From Chiloscyllium plagiosum (Eukaryota), in contig NC_057718.1 in NCBI RefSeq assembly GCF_004010195.1, positions 38,712,749 to 38,749,878 of the forward strand: DNA of 37,130 nt, given 5' to 3'. Of this stretch, positions 11,414 to 24,531 are shown one piece after another. The position numbers and the translations under genes are program-made. The notes below the pieces were generated by a model, which saw only the letters and a program-made list of their open reading frames with translations, was not told the DNA's origin and did not search any database. Position 1 is the first letter of the stretch. Each line of letters starts with the position of its first letter.

Positions 11414-13350
11414 TGAATACGTTGTATATTGCAGTGGGCTTTGGCTCAGGGTTCAAAACAATGTCTTTCAGACTTTCTTAACCAAACTAGTGGTTGCAGA
11501 ATATGACAATTGCCTCATTTTTGGCTCAGTTCATGATAATGCTGGAAAGTAATGACTTTATGGAAAATGTGAGGGAACACAATTTCCTGTATAATGTGTA
11601 TCATTTACTATCAGTGCAACACTTAAGGTGAGGCATAACAGTTTTTAGAGAATTAGAGAAAAATTATATTGTTTGAAAAGCCCAAACAATATGGTCTGTA
11701 ATATTTAAGTCATTAGTTGAGGAAATGCAGAAAGATAGTGATTAATAGTCAAAAACCATATTATAAGAAATTATTTTGGTGAGGCATGAGCTTGGCAATT
11801 TTACTGTTAAAGGGTGTGGTAGTGAATTTCCAAAGTAAGGAATTCTGTTGTTCACACTGTATTTGTTGAGCCACCACTGTTGGAATCTGTTTTTATATGT
11901 TGAAGTGAGTTGCTCTTTGATTTCTTGTAGCTGCCTCTTGCATACTTTGTGATAGGAAGCTATTGCATTCAAATCATTACAGCAAACTCCAGTATCACAA
12001 GAAGCAAGCACAAGAACAATGTCAAAAGCTCCATGTAAGCCAACTGGCCACAATTATTAATTATAGTGAAATTAGGTTTCTCTATTATTTATTTGATGAA
12101 TTTAAACAATGCAAAGTAACAACTCACCAGAATAATTAGGTATATGGAGGTGCCTTTAGTACTCACTGGATTGAAAGCTGAAAGATTCTTAGCTGTGCCC
12201 TATGGCTGGTGTCTTGATCAGCCTCTTAACTCACGTCTATATAATAGCATTATATTTGGTCACCAAAGCATATAAATTTCTATTTGAGTGCAGGATGGTA
12301 CATTACTGATGGGGAGCATGAGTATTAATTTCTCCAATATCTCTGATCAGTTTGGCAGATGTGTAAACAGTGTGCACTTTCTGTATTAATGATATACAGC
12401 TTCTTTATGATACATAAGTACTTATGTCAGCTTTTCCCACAATGTCTGTTGACTACTGAACTACAGCTACGCCATTCTGTACATGAACTGGGAGTAGCAT
12501 AGACTGCCATTACATGACATTGGAGGAAACTAACTTTCCCATCACCAGCATTATTAATTCTATGAGCACAAAGCAATTCATAACACCATATTTCAATGTA
12601 TATAATTTTAGGCATGGGAAGGGAGGGTTTGAACTCAGATTTAGTTAAGATATTTCCAAGAAATTGTTGATTAGGTACCTTTTTTTAATATTAGAATTGT
12701 AGAAAAATATCAAATAATATTAGTTTTACTCAGCACAGCTGAATTTATTCTTCAATAAGCTGCATTAAAATATGACTCCGATTTTTTATACAGGGTTAAT
12801 ACAATTATCATATCTTACAACCGACATACTTCAATGTTTCATACTTCAATAAGATAAGCAGTTACTATCTAACAGCTGTTCTTTTAAAGCACATTGGATA
12901 GAGCAACAAAGTAACTGCTTAAGATCTAAGTAAATAAGTTTTTGTTTTAGTAAACTTCACCAAAAATGGAGAGAAATATTAAATCAGCACCTACTTTTAG
13001 GTATCTGGCCAATTATTGATTTATATTGATAGCAGATGCTAGGTATGTGCAAATGATCTGGGGAAAGTATCCTCAATTTGTATTAGTCCTTTCTAAACTA
13101 GGAATGACTGCAATATTACATTGTCAGACAATGTTAGAAACGGTTTCTATTATGGACTTATAGAGTTCTAATAGTTTTAGAACATAGAACTGCACTTAGT
13201 ATTTTGGACTTTTAAAAAAATATTAATTATCCTCACGGTGTATAAGCTGTTTAGGTTTTAGATTCGGCCTTTGAAAACAAAACACCTTTTAGTTGAAAGC
13301 AAATCCAGGCACTTTCAGACTGTTGGCCAGTCAATCTAAACCTAACTGAG
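11414..13350 (+). other. syt14: Proximal syt14 3' UTR (end undetermined)
   Basis: Repeat-free AT-rich sequence after the stop. ATTAAA occurs at 12764 and 12978; I saw no canonical AATAAA until 15878. Confidence 0.6.
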
Positions 13351-13363
13351 TAAAGATTTGGAG

Positions 13364-13560
13364 ATAGAACATAGAACATAGAAGAATACAGCGCAGTACA
13401 GGCCCTTTGGCCCTCGATGTTGCGCCGATCCAAGCCCACCTAACCTATACTAACCCACTATCCTCCATATACCTATCCAATGCCCGCTTAAATGCCCATA
13501 AAGAGGGAGAGTCCACCACTGCTACTGGCAGGGCATTCCATGAACTTACGACTCGCTGAG
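13364..13560 (-). mobile_element. CR1 LINE extreme 3' end with (ATAGAAC)n tail
   Basis: Minus strand reads QRVVSSWNALPVAVVDSPSLWAFKRALDRYMEDSGLV*; tandem 'atagaacatagaacatagaa' tail. Confidence 0.88.
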
Positions 13561-13849
13561 CTAAACAGAATTACATCTGGTCAGTGGGACAAACGGGTTT
13601 GGGGATTGGAGGAATTTACAGAGATAGAGGGAGCTGGATTAGATTCTGGAGACAGGAATAGGGATGGATGTAGGGAGAGGCAGGCAGTCTGAGAGGCACA
13701 GACAGGGGGTGTTTCAGGGAGGAGAGTATTGTATATACTAACAGAGATATGGAACGTTATAGTGATGGAAGACATTTACTGTTATAAGAAGGCTTCTAGG
13801 TTCTGAAGTCTATAGGAAGGCAATGAAGAAAGCCAGGTTACTGGGATAG

Positions 13850-14920
13850 ATTGAATTCCATTTGCCACCTTTCTGCCCAGCTCTGCAGCTTCTCTATATC
13901 CTGCTGTAACCTGCCACATCCTTCCTCACTGTCAACAACTCCTTCGACTTTCGTATCATCCGCAAACTTGCTCACCCAACCTTCTAACCCCTCTTTCAGG
14001 TCATTTATAAAAATGACAAACAGCAATGGTCCCAAAACAGATCCTTGCGGAACACCGCTAGTGACGGCACTCCATGAAGAAACTTTGCCATCAACTACTA
14101 CCCTCTGTCTTCTTCCATCCAGCCAATTCCTAATCCAAACCTCCAACTCACCCTCAATGCCATATCTCCGTATTTTCTGCAGTGGCCTACCATGGGGAAC
14201 CTTATCAAACGCCTTACTACAATCCATATATACCACATCTACCGCTTTCCCCTCATCAACCTCCTTCGTCACCTTTTCAAAGAATTCAATAAGGTTTGTG
14301 AGGCACGACTTGCCCTTCACAAAACCATGCTGACTATCCTTGATCACATTATTCCTATCCAGATGTGCATAAATCCTATCCCTTACAATTCTCTCTAAGA
14401 CTTTGCCCACAACGGAAGTGAGACTCACCGGCCTATAGTTATTAGGGCTATCCCTACTCCCCTTTTTGAACAAGGGAACCACATTTGCTATCCTCCAGTC
14501 TTCTGGGACTACTCCTGTAGACAAAGAGGACATAAAAATCAAGGCCAATGGCTCTGCAATCTCCTCTCTTGCTTCCCAGAGAATCCTAGGATAATGCCAT
14601 CAGGCCCAGGGGACTTATCTATTTTCACCTTTTCCAGGATTTCCAACACCTCTTCTGTACATACCTCAAAGCTATCCATTCTACTTATTTGTGACTCAGT
14701 ATTCACATCGACGACAATGCCCTGTTCCTGAGTAAATACTGAAGAAAAGTATTCATTCAGTGTCTCCCCAATCTCCTCTGCCTCCACACGCAACTTCCCA
14801 CTACTATCCTTGACTGGACCTATTCCTACCCTAGTCATTCTTTTATTCCTAACATACCTATAGAAAGCCTTAGGGTTTTCCCTAATCCTACCGACTAAGG
14901 ACCTTTCATGTCCCCTCCTT
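13850..14920 (-). mobile_element. Young CR1 LINE ORF2 fragment containing the RT core (one frameshift near 14590)
   Basis: ORF 13838..14548 has [50 protein letters not shown] and KFADDTK. Upstream ORF 14539..14838 has LNEYFSSVFT and KSPGPDGI. Confidence 0.97.
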
Positions 14921-15123
14921 GATGCCGGTGTTGGACTGGTGTGTATAAAGTTAAAAAATCACACAACACCAAGTTATAGTCCAACAGGTTTAATTGGAAG
15001 CACTAGCTTTTGGAGCACTGCTCCTTCATCAGGTGGTTGATGATAAAGGAGCGGCGCTCCGAAAGCTAGTGTTTCCAATTAAACCTGTTGGACTATAACC
15101 TGGTGTTATGTGATTTTTAACTT
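14921..15123. mobile_element. Palindromic PLE-derived short element (family A) with two decayed hammerhead-like motifs
   Basis: Arms at about 14948-15032 and 15040-15123 are reverse complements. The minus arm reads CTGATGA-A-GGAGC-agt-GCTCC-aAAA-GCTA; the plus arm reads aTGATaA-A-GGAGC-ggc-GCTCC-GAAA-GCTA. Confidence 0.8.
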
Positions 15124-17444
15124 GGCGAAATAAGTAAGATATTAAAATCTGTATCACGCCATCTCATTTTTCATTTTCATCAAATGCCTGATAATCTCCA
15201 CTACTGGTCATTAGTTTACCATAATGGATAAATATTTAATATTTTGTTGGCTCAACATATATTCATATTGTGATATCTAATCACAGCTAAATTAAATCCC
15301 AATATGGACCCAACTAAAAGCAAAGTGCTCATATCGAAGAAGGTATAATCACTCATCTCAATTGACATCTTCTAATATTTAGTAGCATTGATGCTCATAG
15401 GGCACCATGGATAGAGAAAAGTGAACAACTTGTCTCATTGTCCTCTCAAGCAGCTAATAGTGAAGGGCATTAGGGCAAAAATTGAAAAATACTGCATGAA
15501 AAATTGTAAGATGACCATGTTCACATTATATAGTCTTATATTACTCAGAAATGCTCCTTCAACAAAAAAAAATAAATTTAAGGGTAATTATTGCCAATTT
15601 GAATCAGCAATAATGATCAGATCTATTTGTAATGCAGCTAAAGTTATTTTGAGTATTTTTATAATTGACTACTTTTAAATGTAAATGAATTACAACTTAC
15701 ATTCAGTATCAATTAATAGCATAGATCAATTGTATGATACTGGCTGTCAGTAATTGAAGTACAGCCAGCCAATACAATCATGTTACTAGCTAACTTTGCA
15801 TCGTTTGATCATCCTTTCTCAATTATATTAAATAACCTATAATTCTATATTATGTTATTGAGGTCAGTGAACTACACAATAAAAGAATGTCTAAACATTC
15901 TAATGTGGCACTTCATTGGAATGTAATGCAAATAAAGTTAGGAAAAATATGTTCCAATGTTGTCAAACTGAAGAGAACAACCTCGAACTGAAAAATCTTG
16001 TCGTCTGTACACTGGTTTTCAGTCAATTTGCAATGACAGTATCAAATTGGGCCTCACCATCTGCTCTTTTTATCTAAGTGCCCTCTTCCACAAATTGCTC
16101 TCTTTTCAGCAGTAGCCCAATTTTTGGAGTAGCTGTCTCACTGCAGTTCCTATTTATGCCCCTTTTGTTTTACAATAGAGGTTAGTTAGTTTGAAAAATA
16201 AATGGTAAACCTGTATGTGTACCCAATACTCACAGCTGGGTAGTATGTATATAGATGCAAGAGGAAAAATAACAATATCAGCATGTTAAGCAGACACTTA
16301 AGAAATAAACAAGGTTGCCTGTTTCCATGAAAGCACTGATAATGTGATTCCAATATGACATGACAAGATATGAGAAATTATGTTTTCATCCTAGAAGCCA
16401 GCAGACCATGGGTTAAAAAGACTGTCAGGTAGCAGCCTAAGACCTAATTTCAAGGGCATTAATTAATCACAGCATTAAGAAATAGTTGTGGGAGGTTACT
16501 AGTGAAGAAGATAAAACAGTCTAGAAGAAATGCTTATCAGTGGAAATAAATCATGGAAGATTCCAAAAGTAAGAAAAAAAGTTGAATAAAAAATGCAATA
16601 AAAATGCTAATAGAAAATAAGTTTAAGTAACTGTTAAGGAATAAACAAGGATAAAGGAACAATGTAACATTCTAAAAAGTACAAACAATAAGAGTAACAA
16701 ACCCAGAGGTAAGAAAGGTAAAGGCAGAGGTTATAGAAATAAAAATGTAGATGAAGTAAATAAAGTGACTGTAATGCAGATGTGTGGAATTACTCTGCCT
16801 TCCTTCCAATAAACTAATTGATTATGGGAATTTGCTGTACATTTCACACACCAGTAGCAACATATTGAATATGAAATAATATAAAACTTCTGAAATTCCT
16901 GGAGTTAGAGAGAGCAGAAAGTAAAAATTGCACTCAAGTAGCATCAGAATTTTCAATTTAGAATCATGTTGGGTAGAATTTTATGCTCTTCTCCAAAACC
17001 AAGTTGGAGCAGAGTGTAGTATTTACTTGGATGGAAAGATACCAGATTGAAGCCCGGACTTCCTTTACACTGCTACCTTAATTAAGTCCAATGAATACCA
17101 ATTTAGAGCCTCATCTTGCTGCAATTGATATTCATCCAGCAGTGGACAGAGCAGATGCCATGCAGGGAGCTTGAGAAACAAATCCTGGTGTGTTTTCATG
17201 TTAGCTGCTGGTGGGGGTTGGGGCATTTGAGATTGCTTCATTGTCAGGCACTTGGCGCCTGATTGAGGAACTGAACATTGAGAAGAGAGTAAGTTACTTC
17301 CCACAACTGCCCACCCAAGCCTGTGATCCCTCCCCTGTAACTGCATCTCTCCCTCATTCACCTGTGGGCTGGGCCCTTTATTGATCTAAGCTTTGGTAGC
17401 TGCATTGCAGGCAGCAGCCACCACCTCAAAGTGGTGCTGTCATT

Positions 17445-17531
17445 GAGTTATACAGCATCCTTCAAACCAACTTGTCCATGCCAACCAGATTATCTAGACT
17501 GAATTAGTTACATTTGTCAGCATTTGGCCCA
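17445..17531 (-). mobile_element. Short CR1 3' end fragment
   Basis: 'tatacagcat...ccaacttgtccatgccaaccag...tagttacatttgtcagcatttggccca' is colinear with 4752-4843. Confidence 0.7.
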
Positions 17532-17624
17532 GGTAAAACTTAATCACATAATATTTGAACATGTGATATTTCCCAGAGTCCACAGTAAGTGATAAGAATA
17601 ATAAACCAAATCTAATTCAATTCA

Positions 17625-17765
17625 CATAAGTTTCAGTGACAACCACACTTCAGACCTGAGTTACAGCTTCAGGAAGGTAAGACACATTCCTCAAAGAAGC
17701 ACCAGTGCTGGCCCGACTCCTGTCATAAAACAAGTTGCACATATAACATATATGCCATTTAGGCC
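17625..17765. repeat. Arm 1 of a 141-bp inverted repeat (partner 18543-18683)
   Basis: Direct comparison gives 138/141 identity to the reverse complement of 18543-18683. Confidence 0.97.
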
Positions 17766-17865
17766 AACAGATATATCTCCATGTTGCAAGTTTGAACGAT
17801 TAATGTCTGGTTGAAGCATAGATGGCTCTCACATAATTGCTGTTAAATGAACCTCAATACGAATA

Positions 17866-17942
17866 AAGTTAAAAATCACACACCAGGTTATAGTCCAACA
17901 GGTTTATTTGGAAGTACCAGCTTTCGGAGCACCGCTCCTTCA
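17866..17942 (-). mobile_element. Single arm of family A short element
   Basis: 'aagttaaaaatcacacaccaggttatagtccaacaggtttatttggaagtaccagctttcggagcaccgctccttca' matches 14948-15028; truncated within the CTGATGA core. Confidence 0.85.
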
Positions 17943-18360
17943 CCCAAAACCGCCAGGCAATTTTCATTGACTCGATCCATTATCCTCACAACTAGTGAAT
18001 TCTAACAAAGAGACAACAAGACACAGATAACTGAGTTTTTTTTGCAAGTCATGACAGCTACATTACTTTGAATATGTGCATCACTTATATAGCAGTTTCT
18101 CATGAGTTGCCAACAACTGTGGTTCAGAAACCAATTGTCCATTCCAGAAAATTCCCACTGAAAACAGGAGGGGTGGGAACTCTATTTGGGCAGAAATTAG
18201 TCATACTAAACCCCAATCAATTTCCTCAGGTATTTTGCCTATTAAGTCCATTGTAGTCCAGAAATGAGAATACAGAAGAGAGAACAGAAAAAGAGAATGA
18301 AAAAGACTGGAACAGAAGTCATGATTTCATAATTATTTCTACCTATAATTTCTTTTTCTG

Positions 18361-18917
18361 AAGAAAGACACACTAGCACAAGCGAGTCTAGAGAAGGTTC
18401 ACTACGTTGATTCCAGGTATGGAGGGATTTTTTTATGAGGAGCGTTTGAGTAGGTTGCGCTTTTCCTCATTGAAGCTTAAGAATGAGGTAACTTTATTAA
18501 AACATACAAGATTCTCAGGGCACTGGACGGAATCGATGCAGAGGCATAAATGGCCTATATGTTATATGTGCAACATGTTTTATGACAGGAGTCGGGCCAG
18601 CACTGGTGCTTCTTTGAGGAATGTGTCTTACCTTCCTGAAGCTGTAACTCAGGTCTGAAGTGTGGTTGTCACTGAAACTTATGAGATGCTTCCCAATGTG
18701 GGAGATTCCAGGAGGAGAGAGCATAACCTCAAAGTAAGGAGCCACCCATTTAAGACAGACGTAAGGAGGAATTTCTTTTCTCAGAGGGTGGTGAATCTGT
18801 ATAATTCTTTACCACAAAGAGCTGTCAAGGCTGTGTTAAGTACATTCAAGGCTAGATAGATAAATCTTTAATCAGTAAGGGGATCAAGAGTTATGGGCAC
18901 AAAATAGGACAGTGGAC
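18361..18917 (+). mobile_element. CR1 LINE 3' fragment interrupted by a 141-bp insertion
   Basis: IPGMEGFFYEERLSRL and RRNFFSQRVVNLYNSLPQRAV remnants lie on either side of 18543-18683. Confidence 0.88.
18543..18683. repeat. Arm 2 of the 141-bp inverted repeat, inserted in CR1
   Basis: Reverse complement of 17625-17765; CR1 sequence resumes on both sides (gatgcaga | agatgcttccc). Confidence 0.97.
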
Positions 18918-18923
18918 TTTACT

Positions 18924-19830
18924 ATAAGACCATAAGAAGTCGGAACAAGAGTAAGCTGTTCAGCTTCTCACGTCTGCTCCACCATTCACTTTCCCAACTT
19001 TTCCCATAACCTTTTTCTCTCCTGATCAAGATTCTATCCATCTCAGACTTAACTATATGCGAGGCCTGTACTACCACAGTTCTCTGTGGCAAGAAGTTCC
19101 AAAGATTCACAACCCTCTGAGAGAAGAAATTCCTCTGCATCTCAGTCTTAAATTGGACTCCCCTTATTCTGATTTATGTCCGCTAGTCCGAGGCTCTCCC
19201 ATAGGGAAAACATCCGCTCAGCCTTTAGCCTGTTAGGCCCCTAAAGAATTCTATATGCTGCAACGGGTTTGCCTTTTGTTCTTCTAAACTCCAATAAGTA
19301 AACTCCCAACCTGTTTAGCCTTTCCTCATAAAACCATCCCTCCAGTGATCATCTTAGTGAATCTTTTCTGAACTGCCTCCAATGAAATGATAGCTTTCCT
19401 TAAACAAGGGCATGAAACTGCTCATAGTATTCCAGATGTGGTCTCACCAGCACCTTGTACAGTTGCAGTAACACTTCCCAACTCTTATACTCCAATCCCC
19501 TTGAAATAAGACCCAACATTTCATGAGCCTTCCTGATTACCTGCTGCACCTGTGTGTTAGCTTTTCTGTGTTCCATGCGCAAGTACCCCCAAGCCTCTTT
19601 GTGTTGTGGTTTTCTGCAGTTTTTTCCATTTAAATAACACTGTTCTTTTGTTCTTCCTTTCAAAATGAACAACTTTATATTTTTGCACATTATAGTCCAT
19701 TTTCCAACGTTTTTTCCCACTGATTTAACATCAATATCTCTCTGTGTGTATCCCTCTCATAACTTGCCTCTCCACTTATTTTTGTGCCGTTTGCAAATTT
19801 GGCTACAGTACTTTCACTTCTTTCCTCCAA
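18924..19830 (-). mobile_element. CR1 LINE 3' fragment, tail-to-tail with the previous copy
   Basis: ORFs contain QRNFFSQRVVNLWNFLPQ and GLISRGLEYKSWEVLLQLYKVLVRPHLEY; tail 'ataagaccataaga'. Confidence 0.9.
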
Positions 19831-22800
19831 GTCACGATTATCAGAACAGTCATGATCTCAGATTTGAGCCAAATGGACTGCTGCTGTTCATACACCTTAG
19901 AGTCTTATGGGCCTCTGCAGCACTTATGCGAGTTAAGAACAGGCACTATTCTTGCTGAAACCTTTAGAAAGAACCCAAACCTTTACTTCATATGAAATTG
20001 TTCCCATTGCTTTTACTCAACAAATTTACTCTGAAATTTCTTCCTTAAATCTTGTTGGTCATCTCTGCCACCTTTAAAATCTATATATTTAGACATGTCT
20101 TTGCTTATTTCATAAACCTTTCCTGATTCCTCCTTGGTCTTTGGCCAATGAAGCAGTATAGTATTTCGTTATGTGAGTAGCTTTTAGAAGTATAACTTCT
20201 TGTTGACTGAGATGAGAATGTGGAAGAAAGAACAGAACAGGAGGATGAAAAGTGAGTTGAACAGAAGTAACTATTTCATAATTACTTTATCCATAATATT
20301 GCATCCATAAGTATATTTAATAACTTTACAGTAATAACTTTACTGTAGATACTTTAGTAATATTATTATGTAATATTAAATGATTTTTAAACCTGATGGA
20401 TATGAATTTTTAAAATGGCAAGCTGATTGAATGCAGATGTCTGTGCAAGTGCAACATTATATACGTTAGGAAATGAAAGATGGGAAAACATATAATAAAA
20501 GCAAAAACAGGGGGGAAGGTAATAAAATAAAAAGGAAGGAAATATAAAAATAATTTGGAGAATATGAAAGCAAATAAAGAAATGATAGTAGGATATGAAG
20601 CTGAATATCCCAAAACGAGAAAGACACTACAGTAAGGTAACAATGTAAACATGAGTTTTTCTAGGAATGTACTACATTTCTGTGTTATGAATATGAAACA
20701 AATAAGGGAAATTGAAATATAGGGCTAAGGTTTACAGTCCCTATCTATGTAAAAGACAGAGGGAGCTTGTAAAATAAAGTGGGTAATATTCTGTCACCTA
20801 TTCCCTCATCTCAAACTTTACAATAGGTGGGGAATATATCAGGAAGCCTGCCTGCCCTTAGGCCTGTTGGGGCACTTATGTGGCCAATTAATGGTCATTT
20901 AAGACTTTCATTCAACCTCTTCCATTATTTTATGTGTGGCAAGGCAAGGTGGAAGCAAGACGGGTAGACTAACAACTTTCACTGAATAGGCAAAAAGGGG
21001 CTTACTTCCTTTAGGGGTTCCCCATGCCCATTGGAAACAACCTACCCAAACATCAGACCGTACCTTTAACCATCCCCATGACATCTCTAATCCATCAGTC
21101 TCATTGCTGAGATCTCCCAGCCAGGCCAACAAAAATAGAGGACTTTCCTTTAATCCCGGGCTCCACAACTGTGCCTTCCTCAAGAACACATTGTAGCGGT
21201 CACTGATCAATCATGGTGCTGCTGGGACTTTAGATGAGCTACCAGCTCTGTAAGGTAAGCTTCCTTCTGGATTGTAGGGTGGAGAGGGGGGCAAAAGCTC
21301 ACACTCTGAATCAATTAAGACTGCTTCCAGTATATCATCACTGAGCAAATCAACTTCTGAGTTAACAGGCCCAAGGCAAGCTTCTCCACTGGGGAGAGAA
21401 CAGGAAATACATATTCAGGAAAAAATGGAATCAATCAATACCTGAAGAAATGGGAGCAAAAAGGCAATAAACAAAAGTATAGAAGAAAGAACAGAAATAA
21501 GTAAAAGTCTTAGAAAACTTCACACTATACAGGGAAGCCAAGTGAAAACGAGCAAAAAGATCCTTGAAGTTTCAATAAGCAGTCCACATCTATGACATGG
21601 TCCAAAATCAGTTCATATTGATAGAATTAAAGTTTTGCCAACCTGGAGCTATAAATATCACACAAAAAAATTACTTTGATTAGATTCAATCCAGCACCTC
21701 ATGAGAAAGGGGCCCCCAGTACAAAACTGCCATAGTTTTCATTGAATTAGCAATCTCATGTCAAGTCACAGAAAAGTCTGTAATAAATGTTTTTAGCAAA
21801 TTTAGCAGTATCTTTGGAGAGAGAAACAGAGTTACCATTTCAGGTCGGTGACCAAATCATTAACTTGGAATACTGAGCAAAATTATACACTCCTGGGGTA
21901 TGGGGTGGCGAAGCAGACAGGGAATGAAACTTGGACTTAATGCTAAAGGTTTCTTTCCTGGCACATATCCATCTATCCCTCCCAACTGCAATTTTATGGT
22001 GGCTGTGGCCAACTAATGCCTGCAAAAGCATCTTCCCACCCTACTACAATTTGTTCCCGTGGGTCAGAAGAGTGCCGTAATGAGTGAGAAGCCCTGTAGC
22101 TATCACTGTTCGGTCTGCTGACAGGCAAAGATGGGGATGGAGGGAGACATCTCTGTTATGGGCCCCATGTCTCATTGCAATAATTCTGCCCTGGTTTCCC
22201 CTCCCCTATTCTCTGCTTGTTCACCCTTGACTCCAACTTCTTGAAAGGATCTGCTACCCAGATGTTTGATTGTCTGACCGTGCTCATAAGCAGAAGTATT
22301 TTGCTTTTGCTACATGTAAGGTTCTTGTATAAACTACAAAATGATAAAATGATGCATCAGGGATAGTACATTTCTCATATTGAAGCTTGTCATTAAGAAA
22401 TTAATAAGAACTTTAATGTGCACTTATTATTCTGTCTTTGTAAGTATTTGATACTAATAGTGAATTTAAAAATAGGCAGTTTTAATTCTTAGTCTTAATA
22501 ACAGTCATGTTGGTCAGCAAGAATGTTCACAAAGTTCACAAAAATGTGGGAAAGAAAATAAATAGATTGGAAAAGAACAGCAAAAGAAGCTGCATATAAA
22601 CTGAAATACACAAGTCAAACTATAAGAATAATAATGAAACTGGAACCAAAGACAGAAAAAAAGGGTAACAGCATAATAATCTTCAAGGGAGACAAGAATT
22701 TGATGGAAAGAAATAAACGATACTTTGGTGCTAACTGACTTTCCAACTGGCATACAATGAACTGTATAGTTGCTAATGTCTGACTTTGTATCATTGTGCC

Positions 22801-24531
22801 TTCTCATTCAAATATGAATCTTTCTGTAATGTGTATATTGCTAACTTTGATATTCATAGTTCAAGGACAATAACATTTTTAACATCCGGAAAACATATAT
22901 ACGCTCAACATATTTACATCATATTGGTCCTCTTGTCAGTTAGAATCATATGGTTGCATTGAATAAGATGACATCATACATTATTTGACAAAATATCAAA
23001 TAATTAAGCTAAATCCTACTGGTAACATATAAAAATAGCATCTAGGGTTAGGGTTCGAGATTAATTTTAATATTTTGATGTCAGGTTTACTTGTAGTGCC
23101 TTTATGCAAACAGCCTGAAAGAGTCTGGATGAATGATGTATTTTAAATCAAAAACATGACTTTAACAACCATATTGAAGTAGGAGTTTATCCATAGCCAT
23201 TATTAACATATAGTGAAATGTAAATTGCACCATGTTGCAGATTCTGATCTTAGTTGATAATTCCAAATTCATTACCTAATGTTCAAATATAGATGCTGAT
23301 ATAGTAAGTAGAATTAAAACAATTTATAATCTCTAGATTAATTTGCTTATTACACAAAAGGTAATTAGAACTGAAATTATAATGCATTAACAAGAAATTC
23401 TTAATAGGGAGTAGTTGAGCACAGGGAAAACTTTTATGCCTATCAACCCAGGCTGAAACCAAGAGGATGGACAGTTAAAACCAAGCAGATTAGTTACTTG
23501 CTCAAAAGACCCCTCTTATGCCACATGCAAATTGAAACTGCAAGGATCAACATGCCTGCCTTAAGCAGGAAGAGACTTCATGTAGGTATTATCGTAATAG
23601 GACACCAATTTATTTTTAACCATGACTTTCGATAGGAAGCCAATATGGTTTTCCCACTAAATAAAAAGGAGCTTGGCAACTGTCAAGATGGACAAAAGAC
23701 CTTTCAAGGAAAATAAAAGGTTTTCCTGTGTCTGGTCAGGAAGAGAAGACCTCACAAAGATGGATGCAGCCTTTCACTCTTTTCACGCTGAAAATCCTTC
23801 CTGCTTGTTTGCCAACAAACACGTGTTTGGTAGCTAAACACTCACCAGCCAATTGCTGCTTTTTATGTGTGGGCAGCTGACCAATAGCATGTAAGTGTGG
23901 CCTGGAAATTAAAATATCCCAAGCCTCAAACTTCGTTCAGAGAATGCATGTTGCTTTCGCAAAATCCCTATGACTGTTTAAAGTTAGCTCTCCAAATTTT
24001 AGTAACTCACAAAAGTATTGTGTCAAGTTGTACTCAGGTTCCTACTCCCTATTGAGAAGCTGGTTTAATGTAAATAAATGTAAAATAATGACTGTTTTAA
24101 ATGAACTTTTTTAAAAAATCCTTATTTTTAAAGATAACTTTTTCCACATCATATAGAGTGCTGTGCAGTAATGTGCTTTTGGCTTTGCTGTTTGTTCTGC
24201 AAGCACATGTTTTAAATAGCTTCAGTAAGAATGGTTGTATATCATATTTTTATAACTTCATCTCTTTTTAGAACTATTGCCACACGCCTTCTATATATGT
24301 TATGCTTAATTACCAATTTTGACGTCGTGAATGCAATAACTAGGTGACATTGTGACTTGTTGTGGTATCAATGTCAGAAGCACATTTCATGGCACAGTAA
24401 CACACATGGATAAAATGCTATGTCTGAATTTTATACTGAAGTACAAAGTCACATTATATAATGCCTGTGTTCTCTCACATTTTAATACCCACAAAACACC
24501 GATATGATCGGTGCCTTATTTTTATCATAGT

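Noticed and set aside
13851..14333. 160-aa plus-strand ORF
   Set aside because: It is the antisense shadow of the CR1 RT; the same applies to 4826..5098 and 36363..36719.
20410..20652. Hydrophobic Phe/Leu-rich minus-strand ORFs (also 22514..22807)
   Set aside because: Artefacts of translating T-rich low-complexity strands.
20720..21330. GC-richer patches with 'tggccaatt' motifs (also about 16970-17440, 21930-22200, 26540-26660, 31100-31330)
   Set aside because: Probably very old repeat remnants, but I cannot define boundaries or family from the sequence alone.
23043..23055. TAGGGTTAGGGTT telomere-like sequence
   Set aside because: Only about two units, too short to call an interstitial telomeric repeat.
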